A stretch of 63,973 nucleotides of DNA, the filler included, from Basidioascus undulatus (lineage: Eukaryota), in the NCBI GenBank assembly GCA_000826855.1. It is 3 parts of 3 records of this genome, joined end to end, with 100 filler letters (N's around TTAATTAATTAA, not from the genome) between each part and the next. Parts side by side here need not be neighbours in the genome. Positions count along the whole stretch, not along the records: positions 44,044 to 63,973 come from JTLS01000386.1; 2 more parts are not named here. One strand, 5' to 3'. The translations under genes and the position numbers were made by a program. Below the pieces are notes generated by a model. That model searched no databases and was not told the DNA's origin. It was given only the letters and a program-made list of their open reading frames with translations. Shown here one piece after another: positions 56,535 through 63,973 of the stretch. Position 1 is the first letter of the stretch. Each line of letters opens with the position of its first letter.

Positions 56535-59500
56535 TCATGCCTCGTTTGCCCAGACCGCGCATAGCTGCGGCGTCAAGCTCCGGCCCATGAGCAAGCTCTG
56601 CTTCACCCACGCCACGTCGACGACGCGCGCCCCATGCACGCCCGCGGGCACCTTGACGCCGTCCTCGAGAACAACATAATCATAGCTTGCGGGTGAGCGG
56701 CTAGCGTCCGAAAGCTTGTCGACGAGCTCGACCTGGCTAGCGCCCATTGCGCGGAGGATGAACTGGATCGCGTCGGCGGCCTGTGAAAAATAATGCGTCA
56801 GAGCTCGAAAAATGACAATTAGATAGAGAACTACGAGAAGGAGGCTCACGTCCTTGCCCTTCGCACCCCTCTGGTGCACGAAACTGATGCCCTTGAGCGG
56901 GCGCCGCAGTTCGCTTGTCGTCGGCAAGCTGCGCAGGACGTCGGTGCTCAAGGCCCATTGCGGGTGGACGACCTGCGAGGTAAAGCATTCGAGATACGCG
57001 GAGTGGCCCGCAGCAATGAGGTACGAGCGCCAGTCGCGGAGGCCGGCCTGCGCGTCCAATTGACGTTCAGCACAACTTCGTCCATGGACGGGCAACAAGG
57101 GGACCTACCTCGGTCACGGAGTCGTGCACCCACTTGGGAGAGATGCAGGGGATGCCGAGCGCGAGCGCCATATAGTACTTGCGCGTCTTGAGCGGGTGCG
57201 GCGCGAGGAGGAAGATGCCGCGGAGGTCGCGGTGCTTCTCATTGAAGGAGATGGCCGCCTCGCCGATGCGCCTGCTGGGGCGCGCAACGAGCGTCTCGTC
57301 GAGCGGGAAGAAGTCGGTGACCTCGGACGCGACCGTACCGCCATTGTCGAGAAGGCGCTGCGTCAGGCGCGCACGCTCGTCCATGTCGGTCGAGAAGCTG
57401 AGGACGAAGCCGTACTCGCGGAAGAGCGTGCTGTGACCGTTGCCCCTGAACAGCGGGGAGGCCGTCGCGGCAGGAACGCGACGCGAGGGTGTGGCGGACG
57501 TCCGGGCGGGCGGGGTGGTGGACTCTTGCTTAGCAGGCGCGGGCGAGAGGGAGGGAGCGCGCGGGAGAGGAGTAGGGTGAATCTGTGACGAGGAGAGGAT
57601 GCGGTCCTTGTACGTCGACAGCTGGGTCTTCGGGATGCGCAGCTCGTCGAGCCCGACCTCGACCGCCTGACCCTTCTTCTGCGCGACGACGACCTTGGAG
57701 CCCAAGGGCAGGCCGATGCCCTCCTCTGCGGCGGCTGGACCAACGACGCGCACGACCTCGAGCGTGCCCTTGAGCTCCGCGCGCCCTTTGTTATAGTACT
57801 GGACCTTGTCGCCCGGTTTGAGCTCGCACAGTCGGAGGTTCTCGACCGAGACGTTGCGCTCGTCGCCGTCGTCGAACTGGACGCAGTAGTCGCCGGCAGG
57901 GCGCTGCTCGATGATGGTCGCGGGGTAATACTGCTTGTCGCTGTACATCGCAAAGACGCGGCTGACACTCGTCGACGCCGAGAACTGCACCGAGGCGTCC
58001 GACACGCGGGGGCGCTTGCTCGTCGACGGCCCGGCGGCATTGTCGAGCGCGCTCGCGCGACGCTTCTGAGCCTTCCGCGCAGACGGCCCGCCAGTCGGCG
58101 TTGGATTCGGGTCCTCGTCGTCCTGGTCCACCTCCATCTCCTGGTCTGCAGCAGTGGCGTCGGGGGGAGGTGAGGCACGGTCGTCGTCGGGCGGTTCTTG
58201 AGGAGTAGCCTGCACGACTTCCTCGGCCTCGTGCGCTTTGCCCTTGCCTTTCGCTCGACCGCCTCTGCTACCGCCGCTGCTTGCAGCCGCGATGGGGAAC
58301 GTCGTGTTGAGCGCGGATTTCGGGGTCGCTTTCGATGTCTTTGCGAAGCGCGGAGGCGGAGGCGGGATCTCGTCGTAATTGGTGCTGGGCCGCCAGGTGT
58401 CGTCATCGGGATCCTCGGGCTCGGGCGACGACTCGCGCTCCTCCTCGTCGCCATCGTCAGCGGCTGGAGGCGCGACGCTGCGCCTAGAGGTGCGGGGCTG
58501 GACCGGAGCGACGGCCTCGGGCAGCAGCGGAGGAGGAGGCTTGCGCGACTTGCTGGGGCTCGCCGCGTTGCGCGAGCGGTTGAGGCGAGGGTCGGTGGGG
58601 GCAACGTCCTGAGCTTGCGCGGCCTGCTCTTCGTCGCCGCTGTATCTCCTAGTCCTTGACGACGCCCTCCTTCTCTTGCCCCTGCCCTGCTCCGCCTCCG
58701 CCTCGTCCCCACTCGCCGCCGCGCTCGTGCGGCCGCGACGCCCGCCCTTGATCGGACTGGATGCCTCCGCGCGCATCTGCGAGGGGGGCGAGCTCGTCCC
58801 CTTCACGCCCGAGGAGTTGAGGTTGGCACCGACGGAGTCAGGCACGACCTCGGCGTGCGAGCTCGACCTGGCCGGGGCGGAGGGCGTCTTGTTGGGCGAC
58901 GCAGTGCGCTTGCAGGGGATCTCGACAACCGGTACCTGGCGGCGTTTCGGAGGGCTGGGGCGGGCATGGACGAGCTGAGGCGCTTCGGGTGACGACTGCG
59001 ACGGCGAGTGGGACGGCTCGGGGTCGGGCGCGGCTTCCGGCTCGGGGGAAGGTGTCTTCTTCGCGCGGCGCTTGAGCTGCCGATGCGGAGGGACGGAGGA
59101 GCGGACGCTCGCGCTGGCATGCGCAGAGGTGGACGCGTCGCCATCGTCCGTCCCAGCGACGAAGCTGGTGTGCCCGCTGCCGCTCGCGCCCGGATCTGCC
59201 TCGGTCGGCGCCCAGCTGCCCTCTTGCCTCGGCGCAGTGACCTCTTCAGGCATCGTCTCCTCGAGCTCGAGCGCGGGCGGACCATAGGGCTGCGACGCCT
59301 CCACGATCTGCTCTTCGGCTGTGGAGGGTACGAGAACGTCCCGCGGGCGCGGCGGCGATGAGGCTGCGGCGTCGGCTTCGAGCTGAGTAGGGATGAGCAG
59401 CCCGGCAGCTGCGCGGCTTGGCGACTGACTCTCGTCGTCGTCCTCGTCATCTTGCTCGTCGTCGTCTTGCGTTCCGCCACGGACGCCGATGCGGTCGAGG

Positions 59501-60174
59501 TAGTCGCCGTCGCCGGGGGCGCGATACGCACGCGCGAAGTCGTCGGACGACTGCGAACGGTCTTGCTCCTGGACCGTTGCCTGGACAATGGACGAGTTGC
59601 GCCATGACCGGTAGCGGCCCTTCGGAGGCTGAGCCTGTCCCAGCGCGAGGGGCTTGGCCGAGGAGCGGGCACGGCTGGGGGGGGAAGAAGAAGATGGTAT
59701 GGGCGCGGAGAGGGGAGGAGGTGGTGGCGATTGCTGTGGAGGCGACGACGAGAGGCCGTCTGGCTGCGTCGGCTCGAGCACAGGGGGAGCGGGATCGCTA
59801 GGCGACGGGAGTTGATCCTCCTCTTCGTCCTCGCTTTCTCCTCCAGCCGTGGGTCCTGCAGCCGCGGAGGTGCCTCCGAGAGCGTCTGCGACGACGTTGG
59901 AGCTGCTCGGCACGAGGATCTCTCCCTGGCCCGCAAGTCCGGCGCGCGCTCCGGTGTCGGCCTGGGTGTCGACGCCGGCCTGGGTGTCGATCACGTCTGA
60001 CGGGGCATAAGCGAGCGAGAAGTTGCCCACTTCGCCTGCGCACGCAGTGGTGTCCTCGGCCGTGATGTTGCCTGCGGTGGTGTCTGCCGCCGTCGGAGCT
60101 GGACCGAGGGCGCGCTCCCCCTGCGGCTGCGACTGCGACTGCGACTGTGACTGGGTGCTCTCGACGGCGGACAT
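56535..60174 (-). CDS. crb2: Rad9/Crb2/53BP1-type DNA damage checkpoint mediator (Tudor + tandem BRCT)
   Basis: Long disordered SQ/TQ-rich N-terminus, Tudor VFAMYSDKQYYPATI..YCVQFDDG, BRCT KTRKYYMALALGIPCISPKWVHDS, and a second BRCT ending VVDVAWVKQSLLMG. Confidence 0.8.
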
Positions 60175-61399
60175 GAGCCAGTTGCGCCCGGACGGGGCGA
60201 GGGAGGATTGCGATTGCGATTCGGATGCAGTGCGACGGGCGAAGGCGGACGAAGGAAGAGTGGTGTCTATGGCGGGGTTGAGTAATCAGCACACGCGCAC
60301 AAGCGACAGCAATGGCCTGGCGGTCTCGTCGGCTTTGTGCATGCCCCATAAAGCCCCGTGCGCTTTACGCCGTGCCCGATCCCACTTCCAACGGAATAAT
60401 TGACTCGCCAGCGGTCGTGTCGAGGTCGGTCGGGGTGCCCTGGACGAGGACCTTGTTGGCCGCGCTCTCTGACGCGGAGCAGGCAAGGGTGGTGGTCATG
60501 CCAGGTGCAGCTGCTTTTGGGAGAAAAGTGCTAAGAATGATGAGCCAGAATAACACTGAACAAGGAAGGGCGTACGGAAGACCAGATAGAATGCCAGGGG
60601 AGACCGAGGGGGTTGGAAGGGAGGCCAAGAACGTTGACGGGCACGCGACGTGGACGCGAACCGACTGGACGTGCAAATCTCGCAAGTTGGCCTTTGAGAA
60701 CCATCAGCCAGATGTAAATGACGAAGGTGCATCAAGCGAATGTTTGCGATTGACTCACACTCAGCGCGTTCTCAAGCGCCGGTCTCTCAAGGCTGCTCGT
60801 TGCGGACCGAACGCGCTGCACAAGCTTCGAGGTCCGCAGCTCGCGGTCACAGAGCTCTGGCTGAACAGTCCAGCCATGTCAGGATTGCTGGGCGTCTCCA
60901 GAGGGGCATCACGCGCCCACCTGATATATTTTACGCGGTCCAGCCCTGGCGGCGAACGGCGAGGAGGACGATGAGGACAGAAGGAAGGAGGATCCGACGC
61001 GACGCGCAACTTACTTATCAATCGCCCCTGGATCCCGGGGTTGACCGCGGATTGGCAGCTGCTCAACTGGCCCAAACTGGCCAGGCTGGACTTCTTGGTT
61101 TTTACAACGGTCGGAATCAATATATAATCGTGTTCTAGGAAATATGTTAGTGGCTATGCTTGCTTGCAAATAGTCTGAACCGCAGCGGGATTCGCCCTTT
61201 CAACTGCGGCAACTCGGCCAGTGAGCTGAACTCGGCCGTGAGCGCGCTGACACTGGGCGCCTTCTCGTTGCGAGCGTCTCTTCACTTGGTCAACCTTCTC
61301 CTGTTTTTCCTCGACTCGTACCACCGTTCTCTCATTTTCCATCTTTTTCGCCTTCTATAGCCTCTCTGTAGGCGTATCTCCTGCGCCCACTCCCCCACG

Positions 61400-63900
61400 A
61401 TGGCGACCCAGAGCTTCCCTGGGCGGGAGGTCATCCGCTTCCGCAAGACCGACGACAGCAAGCCCGCTGCTCCCAAGAACCAATGGAGGCACCAGGGTCT
61501 TCTTCAGGATCAGATCAGGCGGTGCGTTTCGTCTCTTCTGTGGCTGTGGCGGAGAGGAGCTGGTTGCGAGGCACATCTACGAGGCACATCTACGCCTTCT
61601 GGTGGTTGAGTTGCTCATGAGACTGTCGCTCGCACAGGTCCGCCAAGGCCCCCTGGACACCGTCGCTCTCGATTGCATTCAGGATGCTCGTCCTCGTCCG
61701 CATGGCCGGTGCCATGTACTCGATCATCTCCGACTGCGATGAGAGTGCGTCAACACCGAACTAATGATCTTCGGGCCGGGAGTCCGCTCACAGCAACCCT
61801 GCCGCCCCGTCGCCGCTCGCTCACTGACACCCCTTTCCGCAGCCTTCAACTACTGGGAGCCCCTCCACTTCCTCACTCACGGCACCGGCTTCCAAACATG
61901 GGAGTACTCCCCGCTCTACGCCATTCGCTCCTACACCTACCTCCTCCTCCACTACCCGCTTCCCGCCCTCACCAAGGCCCTCCACTTCGACAAGCGCGCC
62001 GCCTTCTTCAGCGTCCGCATCGCCCTCGCTTTCATCAGCAGCTTCATCGAGGCAAAGTTCTACCGCACCGTCGTCGAGCGCGTGAACGACCGCGTCGGCC
62101 GCTACCTCCTCTTCGCCCTCCTCGGCAGCGCGGGAATGTGGATCTCGACCACCGGTGAGTCGCCCTTTTCCAAGCATCCCGTCTCCTCTGTAGCACTGAC
62201 ACATGTCACCATGGCAGCCTTCCTGCCCTCGACCTTCGCTATGCACCTCACCACCCTCGCACTCTCGTTCGCGTTCATCCCTGCCTCTCAGGCGGGCTCT
62301 CGACGCACTCTCCTCGCAACTGTCCTCTTCGCGGTCAACTTCTTCGTTGGCTGGCCGTTCGCGCTCGCGCTCGCGCTGCCTTTCGTCGTGGAGGAGCTTT
62401 TCGTGTATGCCGGGGACAAGGTCAAGAGGGAAGAGGTCGGGTGGTGGCAGCGGCAGCGGTGGAGCCGCTTCCTCACTGCAGTTGGTACTGCAGCGCTTGT
62501 CTTCGTGCGTTGCCCGTCTCTCTCAGCCCGCATTTTTCTAAATGAAACTGACGCCTCTCCACGCAGATCCCTGTCTTCCTCATCGACTCCCTCTTCTATG
62601 GCAAGCCAACCCTCGTCCCGTTCAACATCATCTCGTACAACCTCCTCTCCTCGACGACATCGGCGAACCTCTACGGAACGTCCCCGCCGCACTTCTACCT
62701 TCTCAACCTCACCCTCAACTTCAACGTCCTCCTCCCGCTCGCCATCGTCTCCCTCCCCGCTCTGGCCGTCACCTACCGCTACGACCGCAAGCGTCTCGGT
62801 GCGATCACGCCGGGGCCGGATCAGAGCAGCCCGTACACGCTCCTCGCGCTCCGTCTGGCGCCGCTCTACATCTGGCTCGGGATCATCAGCGCGCAGGCGC
62901 ACAAGGAGGAACGCTTTGCCTTCCCTGCCTACCCGCTTTTGTGCTTCAACGCCGCCGTCACGCTTTTCCTCGTTCGCGGTTGGATCGAGGTAATCTACAT
63001 CAAGCGCACGAGCTCGTCGTATCAGGTGAGCCTCCGCTGCATTGATCAATCCCATTCCACCCAACTTCACTCCCGCTCACATTCCATACGCTTCTGCAGG
63101 CCTCCAAAACCAGCCTGTTCAGGCTGTTCACGCTCTCTGTCGTGATGTTCTCCCTCGTTCTCTCGGCGCAGCGCATCCTCGCCCTCGGCAAGTACTACCA
63201 CGCGCCGCTCGACATACTCTTCTACTTCCAAAAGATCGAGCTCCCCGCGCTGCTCGAGCGCTCCGGCCTGCTCGTCGAGCCCGTCAGCGCGCCGTCGCCG
63301 CAGTCCGCGCACGACGACCAGCCGGCGGACGTGGACCTCTCCCCGCTCGTCGGGCGCGGCGTCCGTCTCTGCTACGGGAAAGAATGGCACCGCTTCCCCT
63401 CGAGCTATCTCGTCCCTGAGGGCGTCGACATTGCGTGGATCAAGTCCGAGTTCAACGGGATCTTGCCTGCGCACTGGGGCAAGGTGCAGGAGAGCGAGAG
63501 CCTGTGGAACAGGGAGGCGATCCGCACGCCACCGCCTGACATGAACGACGAGAACAGGGAGGAGCCCTCGCGCTACGTGAGTGCACTATTTCGTTTGCGC
63601 TCGACTTTCATATGAGACACACGGTGGTTGACACCCTCCGCCCCCTCGCAGGTTAACCCCTCGACGTGCACGTACCTCATCGACCTGCACTTCCCCGACG
63701 CGCCCACGCCTCTCCCGCCCCACGAGCCCGACTACGGCTCCCAGCCGGAGTGGGAGATCGTGCATGCGTATCCGTTCCTCGATGCCGCGCGCTCGAACGT
63801 CGCGACGCGGGCGCTGTGGGTGCCGGGCGAGACGTGGCAGCTGGGCAACAAGTGGGGCGAGTACCGGCTGCTGAGGAGAGTTGGGAAGGATAAGATCTGA
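61400..63900 (+). CDS. ALG9: Alpha-1,2-mannosyltransferase Alg9 (GT22)
   Basis: Motifs ISDCDE.FNYWEPLH, GFQTWEYSPLYAIRSY, AFLPSTFAM, QAHKEERF, CYGKEWHRFPSSY, MNDENREEPSRY. Confidence 0.95.
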
Positions 63901-63973
63901 GGGCGCGCGTGGGCGGGGAGTCAAGGAGAGCAAGGACGAGCAGCGAGCGCGGAAGGCCGCGCGGAGGGAGAAG

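Noticed and set aside
57363..59936. Long alternative-frame ORFs (449 aa, 377 aa) overlapping crb2, and similar ones over MCM7, COG2 and ALG9
   Set aside because: These are Arg/Ser/Pro-rich shadow frames expected from high GC3.
61567..61593. 13-bp perfect direct repeat in ALG9 intron 1 (and a 10-bp one at ~44751-44770)
   Set aside because: Simple slippage duplication is sufficient, and no element termini support a transposon footprint.
1..63973. tRNA, rRNA, snoRNA or transposase/reverse-transcriptase genes
   Set aside because: No convincing cloverleaf, box motifs or DDE/RT motifs were seen by eye. tRNAscan-SE, Infernal and RepeatMasker would be needed to exclude them.

Overview
Eukaryotic, intron-rich, GC-rich fungal DNA, most likely a basidiomycete yeast-like genome (inferred from short introns with GTGAGT/GTGCGT/GTACGT donors and CTGAC/CTAAC branch sites, and from gene content). 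The window is three contigs joined by artificial 100-nt N-linkers containing TTAATTAATTAA (21940-22039, 43944-44043). Apparently intact conserved genes are a cyclin K/CTK2-type cyclin, CFD1, ATG12, CMR1-like (5' part only), MAK10/NAA35, MCM7, ALG2, COG2, a Rad9/Crb2/53BP1-type Tudor-BRCT protein and ALG9. Also apparently intact are a secreted CalB-type lipase, a secreted beta-carbonic anhydrase, a Cys-rich membrane protein and a DUF6593-like protein. The most striking feature is that most of the space between these genes holds decayed accessory genes, damaged by single-base deletions and premature stops. These include an intronless APH-type kinase, a KUP/HAK K+ transporter, an orphan Rab exon, a GH32 tail, a second CalB lipase, a class I GATase and an FAD monooxygenase. 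There are also two inverted MYND-finger paralogues and a divergent MFS sugar transporter / GH78 rhamnosidase pair. No rRNA, tRNA, CRISPR array or recognisable transposase was found. All family calls come from motif recognition by eye, not database searches.
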